Below are positions 49,901 to 64,000 of a DNA stretch of 64,000 nt, one piece after another; position 1 is the stretch's first letter, and each line of letters opens with the position of its first letter. The notes beneath the pieces were generated by a model. That model saw nothing but the letters and a program-made list of their open reading frames with translations, did not search any database and had not been told where the DNA came from. A program made the translations under genes and the position numbers. The DNA comes from Lingula anatina. Lineage: Eukaryota > Animalia > Brachiopoda. The stretch is taken from contig CM120647.1 of assembly GCA_051362555.1 (NCBI GenBank), forward strand, positions 12,128,651 through 12,192,650. Reading direction: 5' to 3'.

Positions 49901-52900
49901 GCATTAAAAGACAAAACGTGTGCCTGATAAAAGGAATAGAGGTGACGCGACTTCTGTAAAAAAAAAATCAAAAGTTTTCTCTCTTCTAATCCCACCAAGA
50001 AGAAAGCACATTTTGATGAAATGCAAGCCATACGGAGTTAGTTATAGCTCAATTTAAGTTCAAGATCTTTGGCACCAATATAAGGACTTTTAACTGAAGA
50101 GAAAGGAAATATAATTGTCGACGCAGATGTAAACTGTCTAAAGTATACCGTATTATTAGGCAAAAGGTAATTTGCTAAGTCCCACGAGCGCCCTCATTCG
50201 TTCTCGTCTCGTGACATCCCGATTCAGGGGCTAGGTCGTTGTCGTGAAGGACTGACGTGCCTCATCCGGGACTCGAACCCGTGACCTTGCGTTACCAAGG
50301 TTGATGACGCTTTGGATGTCTCATTTGCATCCTTGCACGCTACCGACTGCTCCGTGACAGACCCGCCCACCCTCCGTACGTGCGAGTTTCCTCTTAAAGT
50401 AATCAATGGCAATTTTGAAGAAGTCAATTCTGGCAAAAAAAGAATGACACAGTAGTTCCTGTGACTCGAACCAGCGTCCGAGTATTTGTCTGTATGCCAG
50501 GCAGCAGAGTTACCACGCAGCCACGACAGCTCCGTTGATACGCAGTGATCAGATGGTAACTTTCAACCTCGTCACGGAGAGCGCCAGATTGGGTGTACAT
50601 GTGCAGGCCTGCTGTCCCAATCGACAATCCGGGAGCCGCCTTTCAGCCCACGCAACCCCAGTCCCCGACATGAACGGTAAATTTCAGTGATGCACACGAA
50701 GTCGTGTTTGTCAACCCGACTCGGAGCTCGGAGTTTGTTTTATACTAAGATTGATTTTGGCTTTACCCACGATATTAAAGAGCACAGTGGGAACAGAGGC
50801 GGTTCACAACAGACGGGGTTTACTTTTAGCGAGACCATAAGAGGAGAGAATAAAAAAAAATACATTCAAGTAGTCTGTAATTACTGGTGCGATTGCAGCC
50901 ATGGAAATTTTGAGTAAAGTATTATTGGCAAATAATTAAGCCGAGGAGATATAGTTTTTCTACCGAACACGGTTAACAGGTGGTATGACGGGCTGTTATA
51001 CCGTAAAAGCTGCAGAATCAAAACAACTTGGATCGTATTCATTGATAGGCCTGCTCTGTATGTTCCTAGTAAGACGACTTCGGAAGTTTTTTTTTTTTTC
51101 TTTCTCTTTGGTTTTGCGTTGAGAGAACGCTTGGTTTCACCTTTGACGTTGTAGAGCACGAGGACGGCCACAGCTGTTCATACCTCTGCGGTTTTAGCAT
51201 TGAGTAGTCTTTACTCTTTCCAATATCGACTGCGGACTTGCCACGGTACTGTATGGTCATATGAACAGTCTTGAGAAGCAAGGGCCCAAGATAGGAAAGG
51301 AGGGGCATTAAAAGACAAAACGTGTGCCTGATAAAAGGAATAGAGGTGACGCGACTTCTGTAAAAAAAAAATCAAAAGTTTTCTCTCTTCTAATCCCACC
51401 AAGAAGAAAGCACATTTTGATGAAATGCAAGCCATACGGAGTTAGTTATAGCTCAATTTAAGTTCAAGATCTTTGGCACCAATATAAGGACTTTTAACTG
51501 AAGAGAAAGGAAATATAATTGTCGACGCAGATGTAAACTGTCTAAAGTATACCGTATTATTAGGCAAAAGGTAATTTGCTAAGTCCCACGAGCGCCCTCA
51601 TTCGTTCTCGTCTCGTGACATCCCGATTCAGGGGCTAGGTCGTTGTCGTGAAGGACTGACGTGCCTCATCCGGGACTCGAACCCGTGACCTTGCGTTACC
51701 AAGGTTGATGACGCTTTGGATGTCTCATTTGCATCCTTGCACGCTACCGACTGCTCTGTGACAGACCCGCCCACCCTCCGTACGTGCGAGTTTCCTCTTA
51801 AAGTAATCAATGGCAATTTTGAAGAAGTCAATTCTGGCAAAAAAAGAATGACACAGTAGCTCCTGTGACTCAAACCAGCGTCCGAGTATTTGTCTGTATG
51901 CCAGGCAGCAGAGTTACCACGCAGCCACGACAGCTCCGTTGATACGCAGTGATCAGATGGTAACTTTCAACCTCGTCACGGAGAGCGCCAGATTTGGTGT
52001 ACATGTGCAGGCCTGCTGTCCCAATCGACAATCCGGGAGCCGCCTTTCAGCCCACGCAACCCCAGTCCCCGACATGAACGGTAAATTTCAGTGATGCACA
52101 CGAAGTCGTGTTTGTCAACCCGACTCGGAGCTCGGAGTTTGTTTTATACTAAGATTGATTTTGGCTTTACCCACGATATTAAAGAGCACAGTGGGATCAG
52201 AGGCGGTTCACAACAGACGGGGTTTACTTTTAGCGAGACCATAAGAGGAGAGAATAAAAAAAAATACATTCAAGTAGTCTGTAATTACTGGTGCGATTGC
52301 AGCCATGGAAATTTTGAGTAAAGTATTATTGGCAAATAATTAAGCCGAGGAGATATAGTTTTTCTACCGAACACGGTTAACAGGTGGTATGACGGGCTGT
52401 TATACCGTAAAAGCTGCAGAATCAAAACAACTTGGATCGTATTCATTGATAGGCCTGCTCTGTATGTTCCTAGTAAGACGACTTCGGAAGTTTTTTTTTT
52501 TTCTTTCTCTTTGGTTTTGCGTTGAGAGAACGCTTGGTTTCACCTTTGACGTTGTAGAGCACGAGGACGGCCACAGCTGTTCACACCTCTGCGGTTTTAG
52601 TATTGAGTAGTCTTTACTCTTTCCAATATCGACTGCGGACTTGCCACGGTACTGTATGGTCATATGAACAGTCTTGAGAAGCAAGGGCCCAAGATAGGAA
52701 AGGAGGGGCATTAAAAGACAAAACGTGTGCCTGATAAAAGGAATAGAGGTGACGCGACTTCTGTAAAAAAAAAATCAAAAGTTTTCTCTCTTCTAATCCC
52801 ACCAAGAAGAAAGCACATTTTGATGAAATGCAAGCCATACGGAGTTAGTTATAGCTCAATTTAAGTTCAAGATCTTTGGCACCAATATAAGGACTTTTAA

Positions 52901-55900
52901 CTGAAGAGAAAGGAAATATAATTGTCGACGCAGATGTAAACTGTCTAAAGTATACCGTATTATTAGGCAAAAGGTAATTTGCTAAGTCCCACGAGCGCCC
53001 TCATTCGTTCTCGTCTCGTGACATCCCGATTCAGGGGCTAGGTCGTTGTCGTGAAGGACTGACGTGCCTCATCCGGGACTCGAACCCGTGACCTTGCGTT
53101 ACCAAGGTTGATGACGCTTTGGATGTCTCATTTGCATCCTTGCACGCTACCGACTGCTCTGTGACAGACCCGCCCACCCTCCGTACGTGCGAGTTTCCTC
53201 TTAAAGTAATCAATGGCAATTTTGAAGAAGTCAATTCTGGCAAAAAAAGAATGACACAGTAGCTCCTGTGACTCGAACCAGCGTCCGAGTATTTGTCTGT
53301 ATGCCAGGCAGCAGAGTTACCACGCAGCCACGACAGCTCCGTTGATACGCAGTGATCAGATGGTAACTTTCAACCTCGTCACGGAGAGCGCCAGATTGGG
53401 TGTACATGTGCAGGCCTGCTGTCCCAATCGACAATCCGGGAGCCGCCTTTCAGCCCACGCAACCCCAGTCCCCGACATGAACGGTAAATTTCAGTGATGC
53501 ACACGAAGTCGTGTTTGTCAACCCGACTCGGAGCTCGGAGTTTGTTTTATACTAAGATTGATTTTGGCTTTACCCACGATATTAAAGAGCACAGTGGGAT
53601 CAGAGGCGGTTCACAACAGACGGGGTTTACTTTTAGCGAGACCATAAGAGGAGAGAATAAAAAAAAATACATTCAAGTAGTCTGTAATTACTGGTGCGAT
53701 TGCAGCCATGGAAATTTTGAGTAAAGTATTATTGGCAAATAATTAAGCCGAGGAGATATAGTTTGTCTACCGAACACGGTTAACTGGTGGTATGACGGGC
53801 TGTTATACCGTAAAAGCTGCAGAATCAAAACAACTTGGATCGTATTCATTGATAGGCCTGCTCTGTATGTTCCTAGTAAGACGACTTCGGAAGTTTTTTT
53901 TTTTTTTTTTCTTTCTTTTTGGTTTTGCGTTGAGAGAACGCTTGGTTTCACCTTTGACGTTGTAGAGCACGAGGACGGCCACAGCTGTTCACACCTCTGC
54001 GGTTTTAGTATTGAGTAGTCTTTACTCTTTCCAATATCGACTGCGGACTTGCCACGGTACTGTATGGTCATATGAACAGTCTTGAGAAGCAAGGGCCCAA
54101 GATAGGAAAGGAGGGGCATTAAAAGACAAAACGTGTGCCTGATAAAAGGAATAGAGGTGACGCGACTTCTGTAAAAAAAAATCAAAAGTTTTCTCTCTTC
54201 TAATCCCACCAAGAAGAAAGCACATTTTGATGAAATGCAAGCCATACGGAGTTAGTTATAGCTCAATTTAAGTTCAAGATCTTTGGCACAAATATAAGGA
54301 CTTTTAACTGAAGAGAAAGGAAATATAATTGTCGACGCAGATGTAAACTGTCTAAAGTATACCGTATTATTATTCAAAAGGTAATTTGCTAAGTCCCACG
54401 AGCGCCCTCATTCGTTCTCGTCTCGTGACATCCCGATTCAGGGGCTAGGTCGTTGTCGTGAAGGACTGACGTGCCTCATCCGGGACTCGAACCCGTGACC
54501 TTGCGTTACCAAGGTTGATGACGCTTTGGATGTCTCATTTGCATCCTTGCACGCTACCGACTGCTCCGTGACAGACCCGCCCACCCTCCGTACGTGCGAG
54601 TTTCCTCTTAAAGTAATCAATGGCAATTTTGAAGAAGTCAATTCTGGCAAAAAAAGAATAACACAGTAGCTCCTGTGACTCGAACCAGCGTCCGAGTATT
54701 TGTCTGTATGCCAGGCAGCAGAGTTACCACGCAGCCACGACAGCTCCGTTGATACGCAGTGATCAGATGGTAACTTTCAACCTCGTCACGGAGAGCGCCA
54801 GATTGGGTGTACATGTGCAGGCCTGCTGTCCCAATCGACAATCCGGGAGCCGCCTTTCAGCCCACGCAACCCCAGTCCCCGACATGAACGGTAAATTTCA
54901 GTGATGCACACGAAGTCGTGTTTGTCAACCCGACTCGGAGCTCGGAGTTTGTTTTATACTAAGATTGATTTTGGCTTTACCCACGATATTAAAGAGCACA
55001 GTGGGATCAGAGGCGGTTCACAACAGACGGGGTTTACTTTTAGCGAGACCATAAGAGGAGAGAATAAAAAAAAAATACATTCAAGTAGTCTGTAATTACT
55101 GGTGCGATTGCAGCCATGGAAATTTTGAGTAAAGTATTATTGGCAAATAAATAAGCCGAGGAGATATAGTTTTTCTACCGAACACGGTTAACAGGTGGTA
55201 TGACGGGCTGTTATACCGTAAAAGCTGCAGAATCAAAACAACCTGGATCGTATTCATTGATAGTCCTGCTCTGTATGTTCCTAGTAAGACGACTTCGGAA
55301 GTTTTTTTTTTCTTTCTTTTTGGTTTTGCGTTGAGAGAACGCTTGGTTTCACCTTTGACGTTGTAGAGCACGAGGACGGCCACAGCTGTTCATACCTCTG
55401 CGGTTTTAGTATTGAGTAGTCTTTACTCTTTCCAATATCGACTGCGGACTTGCCACGGTACTGTATGGTCATATGAACAGTCTTGAGAAGCAAGGGCCCA
55501 AGATAGGAAAGGAGGGGCATTAAAAGACAAAACGTGTGCCTGATAAAAGGAATAGAGGTGACGCGACTTCTGTAAAAAAAAAAATCAAAAGTTTTCTCTC
55601 TTCTAATCCCACCAAGAAGAAAGCACATTTTGATGAAATGCAAGCCATACGGAGTTAGTTATAGCTCAATTTAAGTTCAAGATCTTTGGCACCAATATAA
55701 GGACTTTTAACTGAAGAGAAAGGAAATATAATTGTCGACGCAGATGTAAACTGTCTAAAGTATACCGTATTATTAGGCAAAAGGTAATTTGCTAAGTCCC
55801 ACGAGCGCCCTCATTCGTTCTCGTCTCGTGACATCCCGATTCAGGGGCTAGGTCGTTGTCGTGAAGGACTGACGTGCCTCATCCGGGACTCGAACCCGTG

Positions 55901-58900
55901 ACCTTGCGTTACCAAGGTTGATGACGCTTTGGATGTCTCATTTGCATCCTTGCACGCTACCGACTGCTCCGTGACAGAACCGCCCACCCTCCGTACGTGC
56001 GAGTTTCCTCTTAAAGTAATCAATGGCAATTTTGAAGAAGTCAATTCTGGCAAAAAAAGATTGACACAGTAGCTCCTGTGACTCGAACCAGCGTCCGAGT
56101 ATTTGTCTGTATGCCAGGCAGCAGAGTTACCACGCAGCCACGACAGCTCCGTTGATACGCAGTGATCAGATGGTAACTTTCAACCTCGTCACGGAGAGCG
56201 CCAGATTGGGTGTACATGTGCAGGCCTGCTGTCCCAATCGACAATCCGGGAGCCGCCTTTCAGCCCACGCAACCCCAGTCCCCGACATGAACGGTAAATT
56301 TCAGTGATGCACACGAAGTCGTGTTTGTCAACCCGACTCGGAGCTCGGAGTTTGTTTTATACTAAGATTGATTTTGGCTTTACCAACGATATTAAAGAGC
56401 ACAGTGGGATCAGAGGCGGTTCACAACAGACGGGGTTTACTTTTAGCGAGACCATAAGAGGAGAGAATAAAAAAAAAAAATACATTCAAGTAGTCTGTAA
56501 TTACTGGTGCGATTGCAGCCATGGGAATTTTGAGTAAAGTATTATTGGCAAATAAAAAATTAAGCCGAGGAGATATAGTTTTTCTACCGAACACGGTTAA
56601 CTGGTGGTATGACGGGCTGTTATACCGTAAAAGCTGCAGAATCAAAACAACTTGGATCGTATTCATTGATAGGCCTGCTCTGTATGTTCCTAGTAAGACG
56701 ACTTCGGAAGTTTTTTTTTCTTTCTTTTTGGTTTTGCGTTGAGAGAACGCTTGGTTTCACCTTTGACGTTGTAGAGCACGAGGACGGCCACAGCTGTTCA
56801 TACCTCTGCGGTTTTAGTATTGAGTAGTCTTTACTCTTTCCAATATCGACTGCGGACTTGCCACGGTACTGTATGGTCATATGAACAGTCTTGAGAAGCA
56901 AGGGCCCAAGATAGGAAAGGAGGGGCATTAAAAGACAAAACGTGTGCCTGATAAAAGGAATAGAGGTGACGCGACTTCTGTAAAAAAAAAATCAAAAGTT
57001 TTCTCTCTTCTAATCCCACCAAGAAGAAAGCACATTTTGATGAAATGCAAGCCATACGGAGTTAGTTATAGCTCAATTTAAGTTCAAGATCTTTGGCACC
57101 AATATAAGGACTTTTAACTGAAGAGAAAGGAAATATAATTGTCGACGCAGATATAAACTGTCTAAAGTATACCGTATTATTAGGCAAAAGGTAATTTGCT
57201 AAGTCCCACGAGCGCCCTCATTCGTTCTCGTCTCGTGACATCCCGATTCAGGGGCTAGGTCGTTGTCGTGAAGGACTGACGTGCCTCATCCGGGACTCGA
57301 ACCCGTGACCTTGCGTTACCAAGGTTGATGACGCTTTGGATGTCTCATTTGCATCCTTGCACGCTACCGACTGCTCCGTGACAGACCCGCCCACCCTCCG
57401 TACGTGCGAGTTTCCTCTTAAAGTAATCAATGGCAATTTTGAAGAAGTCAATTCTGGCAAAAAAAGAATGACACAGTAGTTCCTGTGACTCGAACCAGCG
57501 TCCGAGTATTTGTCTGTATGCCAGGCAGCAGAGTTACCACGCAGCCACGACAGCTCCGTTGATACGCAGTGATCAGATGGTAACTTTCAACCTCGTCACG
57601 GAGAGCGCCAGATTGGGTGTACATGTGCAGGCCTGCTGTCCCAATCGACAATCCGGGAGCCGCCTTTCAGCCCACGCAACCCCAGTCCCCGACATGAACG
57701 GTAAATTTCAGTGATGCACACGAAGTCGTGTTTGTCAACCCGACTCGGAGCTCGGAGTTTGTTTTATACTAAGATTGATTTTGGCTTTACCCACGATATT
57801 AAAGAGCACAGTGGGAACAGAGGCGGTTCACAACAGACGGGGTTTACTTTTAGCGAGACCATAAGAGGAGAGAATAAAAAAAAATACATTCAAGTAGTCT
57901 GTAATTACTGGTGCGATTGCAGCCATGGAAATTTTGAGTAAAGTATTATTGGCAAATAATTAAGCCGAGGAGATATAGTTTTTCTACCGAACACGGTTAA
58001 CAGGTGGTATGACGGGCTGTTATACCGTAAAAGCTGCAGAATCAAAACAACTTGGATCGTATTCATTGATAGTCCTGCTCTGTATGTTCCTAGTAAGACG
58101 ACTTCGGAAGTTTTTTTTTTTTCTTTCTTTTTGGTTTTGCGTTGAGAGAACGCTTGGTTTCACCTTTGACGTTGTAGAGCACGAGGACGGCCACAGCTGT
58201 TCATACCTCTGCGGTTTTAGTATTGAGTAGTCTTTACTCTTTCCAATATCGACTGCGGACTTGCCACGGTACTGTATGGTCATATGAACAGTCTTGAGAA
58301 GCAAGGGCCCAAGATAGGAAAGGAGGGGCATTAAAAGACAAAACGTGTGCCTGATAAAAGGAATAGAGGTGACGCGACTTCTGTAAAAAAAAAAATCAAA
58401 AGTTTTCTCTCTTCTAATCCCACCAAGAAGAAAGCACATTTTGATGAAATGCAAGCCATACGGAGTTAGTTATAGCTCAATTTAAGTTCAAGATCTTTGG
58501 CACAAATATAAGGACTTTTAACTGAAGAGAAAGGAAATATAATTGTCGACGCAGATGTAAACTGTCTAAAGTATACCGTATTATTATTCAAAAGGTAATT
58601 TGCTAAGTCCCACGAGCGCCCTCATTCGTTCTCGTCTCGTGACATCCCGATTCAGGGGCTAGGTCGTTGTCGTGAAGGACTGACGTGCCTCATCCGGGAC
58701 TCGAACCCGTGACCTTGCGTTACCAAGGTTGATGACGCTTTGGATGTCTCATTTGCATCCTTGCACGCTACCGACTGCTCCGTGACAGACCCGCCCACCC
58801 TCCGTACGTGCGAGTTTCCTCTTAAAGTAATCAATGGCAATTTTGAAGAAGTCAATTCTGGCAAAAAAAGAATGACACAGTAGCTCCTGTGACTCGAACC

Positions 58901-61900
58901 AGCGTCCGAGTATTTGTCTGTATGCCAGGCAGCAGAGTTACCACGCAGCCACGACAGCTCCGTTGATACGCAGTGATCAGATGGTAACTTTCAACCTCGT
59001 CACGGAGAGCGCCAGATTGGGTGTACATGTGCAGGCCTGCTGTCCCAATCGACAATCCGGGAGCCGCCTTTCAGCCCACGCAACCCCAGTTACCGACATG
59101 AACGGTAAATTTCAGTGATGCACACGAAGTCGTGTTTGTCAACCCGACTCGGAGCTCGGAGTTTGTTTTATACTAAGATTGATTTTGGCTTTACCCACGA
59201 TATTAAAGAGCACAGTGGGATCAGAGGCGGTTCACAACAGACGGGGTTTACTTTTAGCGAGACCATAAGAGGAGAGAATAAAAAAAAATACATTCAAGTA
59301 GTCTGTAATTACTGGTGCGATTGCAGCCATGGAAATTTTGAGTAAAGTATTATTGGCAAATAAATAAGCCGAGGAGATATAGTTTTTCTACCGAACACGG
59401 TTAACAGGTGGTATGACGGGCTGTTATACCGTAAAAGCTGCAGAATCAAAACAACTTGGATCGTATTCATTGATAGGCCTGCTCTGTATGTTCCTAGTAA
59501 GACGACTTCGGAAGTTTTTTTTTCTTTCTTTCTTTTTGGTTTTGCGTTGAGAGAACGCTTGGTTTCACCTTTGACGTTGTAGAGCACGAGGACGGCCACA
59601 GCTGTTCATACCTCTGCGGTTTTAGTATTGAGTAGTCTTTACTCTTTCCAATATCGACTGCGGACTTGCCACGGTACTGTATGGTCATATGAACAGTCTT
59701 GAGAAGCAAGGGCCCAAGATAGGAAAGGAGGGGCATTAAAAGACAAAACGTGTGCCTGATAAAAGGAATAGAGGTGACGCGACTTCTGTAAAAAAAAAAT
59801 CAAAAGTTTTCTCTCTTCTAATCCCACCAAGAAGAAAGCACATTTTGATGAAATGCAAGCCATACGGAGTTAGTTATAGCTCAATTTAAGTTCAAGATCT
59901 TTGGCACCAATATAAGGACTTTTAACTGAAGAGAAAGGAAATATAATTGTCGACGCAGATGTAAACTGTCTAAAGTATACCGTATTATTAGGCAAAAGGT
60001 AATTTGCTAAGTCCCACGAGCGCCCTCATTCGTTCTCGTCTCGTGACATCCCGATTCAGGGGCTAGGTCGTTGTCGTGAAGGACTGACGTGCCTCATCCG
60101 GGACTCGAACCCGTGACCTTGCGTTACCAAGGTTGATGACGCTTTGGATGTCTCATTTGCATCCTTGCACGCTACCGACTGCTCCGTGACAGACCCGCCC
60201 ACCCTCCGTACGTGCGAGTTTCCTCTTAAAGTAATCAATGGCAATTTTGAAGAAGTCAATTCTGGCAAAAAAAGAATGACACAGTAGCTCCTGTGACTCG
60301 AACCAGCGTCCGAGTATTTGTCTGTATGCCAGGCAGCAGAGTTACCACGCAGCCACGACAGCTCCGTTGATACGCAGTGATCAGATGGTAACTTTCAACC
60401 TCGTCACGGAGAGCGCCAGATTGGGTGTACATGTGCAGGCCTGCTGTCCCAATCGACAATCCGGGAGCCGCCTTTCAGCCCACGCAACCCCAGTCCCCGA
60501 CATGAACGGTAAATTTCAGTGATGCACACGAAGTCGTGTTTGTCAACCCGACTCGGAGCTCGGAGTTTGTTTTATACTAAGATTGATTTTGGCTTTACCC
60601 ACGATATTAAAGAGCACAGTGGGATCAGAGGCGGTTCACAACAGACGGGGTTTACTTTTAGCGAGACCATAAGAGGAGAGAATAAAAAAAAATACATTCA
60701 AGTAGTCTGTAATTACTGGTGCGATTGCAGCCATGGAAATTTTGAGTAAAGTATTATTGGCAAATAAATAAGCCGAGGAGATATAGTTTTTCTACCGAAC
60801 ACGGTTAACAGGTGGTATGACGGGCTGTTATACCGTAAAAGCTGCAGAATCAAAACAACTTGGATCGTATTCATTGATAGGCCTGCTCTGTATGTTCCTA
60901 GTAAGACGACTTCGGAAGTTTTTTTTTTTCTTTCTTTTTGGTTTTGCGTTGAGAGAACGCTTGGTTTCACCTTTGACGTTGTAGAGCACGAGGACGGCCA
61001 CAGCTGTTCATACCTCTGCGGTTTTAGTATTGAGTAGTCTTTACTCTTTCCAATATCGACTGCGGACTTGCCACGGTACTGTATGGTCATATGAACAGTC
61101 TTGAGAAGCAAGGGCCCAAGATAGGAAAGGAGGGGCATTAAAAGACAAAACGTGTGCCTGATAAAAGGAATAGAGGTGACGCGACTTCTGTAAAAAAAAA
61201 ATCAAAAGTTTTCTCTCTTCTAATCCCACCAAGAAGAAAGCACATTTTGATGAAATGCAAGCCATACGGAGTTAGTTATAGCTCAATTTAAGTTCAAGAT
61301 CTTTGGCACCAATATAAGGACTTTTAACTGAAGAGAAAGGAAATATAATTGTCGACGCAGATGTAAACTGTCTAAAGTATACCGTATTATTAGGCAAAAG
61401 GTAATTTGCTAAGTCCCACGAGCGCCCTCATTCGTTCTCGTCTCGTGACATCCCGATTCAGGGGCTAGGTCGTTGTCGTGAAGGACTGACGTGCCTCATC
61501 CGGGACTCGAACCCGTGACCTTGCGTTACCAAGGTTGATGACGCTTTGGATGTCTCATTTGCATCCTTGCACGCTACCGACTGCTCCGTGACAGACCCGC
61601 CCACCCTCCGTACGTGCGAGTTTCCTCTTAAAGTAATCAATGGCAATTTTGAAGAAGTCAATTCTGGCAAAAAAAGAATGACACAGTAGCTCCTGTGACT
61701 CGAACCAGCGTCCGAGTATTTGTCTGTATGCCAGGCAGCAGAGTTACCACGCAGCCACGACAGCTCCGTTGATACGCAGTGATCAGATGGTAACTTTCAA
61801 CCTCGTCACGGAGAGCGCCAGATTGGGTGTACATGTGCAGGCCTGCTGTCCCAATCGACAATCCGGGAGCCGCCTTTCAGCCCACGCAACCCCAGTCCCC

Positions 61901-64000
61901 GACATGAACGGTAAATTTCAGTGATGCACACGAAGTCGTGTTTGTCAACCCGACTCGGAGCTCGGAGTTTGTTTTATACTAAGATTGATTTTGGCTTTAC
62001 CCACGATATTAAAGAGCACAGTGGGATCAGAGGCGGTTCACAACAGACGGGGTTTACTTTTAGCGAGACCATAAGAGGAGAGAATAAAAAAAAATACATT
62101 CAAGTAGTCTGTAATTACTGGTGCGATTGCAGCCATGGAAATTTTGAGTAAAGTATTATTGGCAAATAATTAAGCCGAGGAGATATAGTTTTTCTACCGA
62201 ACACGGTTAACAGGTGGTATGACGGGCTGTTATACCGTAAAAAGCTGCAGAATCAAAACAACTTGGATCGTATTCATTGATAGGCCTCCTCTGTATGTTC
62301 CTATTAAGACGACTTCGGAAGTTTTTTTTTTTTTTCTTTCTTTTTGGTTTTGCGTTGAGAGAACGCTTGGTTTCACCTTTGACGTTGTAGAGCACGAGGA
62401 CGGCCACAGCTGTTCATACCTCTGCGGTTTTAGTATTGAGTAGTCTTTACTCTTTCCAATATCGACTGCGGACTTGCCACGGTACTGTATGGTCATATGA
62501 ACAGTCTTGAGAAGCAAGGGCCCAAGATAGGAAAGGAGGGGCATTAAAAGACAAAACGTGTGCCTGATAAAAGGAATAGAGGTGACGCGACTTCTGTAAA
62601 AAAAAAATCAAAAGTTTTCTCTCTTCTAATCCCACCAAGAAGAAAGCACATTTTGATGAAATGCAAGCCATACGGAGTTAGTTATAGCTCAATTTAAGTT
62701 CAAGATCTTTGGCACCAATATAAGGACTTTTAACTGAAGAGAAAGGAAATATAATTGTCGACGCAGATGTAAACTGTCTAAAGTATACCGTATTATTAGG
62801 CAAAAGGTAATTTGCTAAGTCCCACGAGCGCCCTCATTCGTTCTCGTCTCGTGACATCCCGATTCAGGGGCTAGGTCGTTGTCGTGAAGGACTGACGTGC
62901 CTCATCCGGGACTCGAACCCGTGACCTTGCGTTACCAAGGTTGATGACGCTTTGGATGTCTCATTTGCATCCTTGCACGCTACCGACTGCTCCGTGACAG
63001 ACCCGCCCACCCTCCGTACGTGCGAGTTTCCTCTTAAAGTAATCAATGGCAATTTTGAAGAAGTCAATTCTGGCAAAAAAAGAATGACACAGTAGCTCCT
63101 GTGACTCGAACCAGCGTCCGAGTATTTGTCTGTATGCCAGGCAGCAGAGTTACCACGCAGCCACGACAGCTCCGTTGATACGCAGTGATCAGATGGTAAC
63201 TTTCAACCTCGTCACGGAGAGCGCCAGATTGGGTGTACATGTGCAGGCCTGCTGTCCCAATCGACAATCCGGGAGCCGCCTTTCAGCCCACGCAACCCCA
63301 GTCCCCGACATGAACGGTAAATTTCAGTGATGCACACGAAGTCGTGTTTGTCAACCCGACTCGGAGCTCGGAGTTTGTTTTATACTAAGATTGATTTTGG
63401 CTTTACCCACGATATTAAAGAGCACAGTGGGATCAGAGGCGGTTCACAACAGACGGGGTTTACTTTTAGCGAGACCATAAGAGGAGAGAATAAAAAAAAA
63501 TACATTCAAGTAGTCTGTAATTACTGGTGCGATTGCAGCCATGGAAATTTTGAGTAAAGTATTATTGGCAAATAATTAAGCCGAGGAGATATAGTTTTTC
63601 TACCGAACACGGTTAACAGGTGGTATGACGGGCTGTTATACCGTAAAAAGCTGCAGAATCAAAACAACTTGGATCGTATTCATTGATAGGCCTCCTCTGT
63701 ATGTTCCTAGTAAGACGACTTCGGAAGTTTTTTTTTTTTTTCTTTCTTTTTGGTTTTGCGTTGAGAGAACGCTTGGTTTCACCTTTGACGTTGTAGAGCA
63801 CGAGGACGGCCACAGCTGTTCATACCTCTGCGGTTTTAGTATTGAGTAGTCTTTACTCTTTCCAATATCGACTGCGGACTTGCCACGGTACTGTATGGTC
63901 ATATGAACAGTCTTGAGAAGCAAGGGCCCAAGATAGGAAAGGAGGGGCATTAAAAGACAAAACGTGTGCCTGATAAAAGGAATAGAGGTGACGCGACTTC

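Larger units (their letters stand above)
37260..64000. repeat. Tandem array of ~1403-bp monomers, about 19 copies, running off the window end
   Basis: The same marker recurs 19 times (38070, 39467, 40869 ... 61921, 63327). Copies differ mainly in homopolymer length and a few SNPs. Confidence 0.98.

Noticed and set aside
37149-63950. Dozens of recurring 60-185 aa ORFs in the 1.4-kb array
   Set aside because: They recur only because the DNA repeats, change frame with homopolymer length and show no recognisable domain.
37260-64000. Array as 5S rDNA, U-snRNA, SL RNA or tRNA-Sec cluster
   Set aside because: Only short chance-level matches (GACCATAC, GCAAGGATG, CCCGGATGA) with no continuous similarity or matching structure.
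37260-64000. CRISPR array
   Set aside because: Eukaryotic context; the monomers are 1.4 kb and have no unique spacers.

Overview
Eukaryotic, AT-rich, intron-containing DNA, probably from an invertebrate (possibly a mollusc; the taxon cannot be established from sequence). It has three parts. (1) 1-36 kb: a head-to-tail (+ strand) cluster of about 11 copies or fragments of one family of small secreted prepropeptide genes. They share a 4-exon plan: non-coding exon 1, signal-peptide exon, phase-1 intron, cargo exon with KR/RR sites, and a 3'UTR exon. Some end in a six-cysteine CS-alpha/beta defensin-like domain (C-x4-C-x3-C-x9/11-C-x4-C-x-C, with GG-x before the fourth Cys), either strongly anionic (A, C) or His-rich and mildly cationic (E). 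Others (B, D) lack that domain. The ORF track misses these genes because they are spliced. About 2-25.9 kb is a triplicated ~8.1 kb segment that also carries the C-terminal part of a bacterial-type VioB-like ferritin-like gene, and a LINE RT fragment lies exactly at each seam. (2) 26-31 kb: DNA transposons, namely an Academ-like element with ~650 bp TIRs, a nested Tc1 relic and two MITEs. (3) 37.2-64 kb: a homogeneous array of about 19 x 1.4 kb monomers, each with two minus-strand Pol III A-box/B-box modules. One module is tRNA-like; the other can be drawn as a vault-RNA-like panhandle ending in a T7 run. All gene models were read by eye, with no database search.
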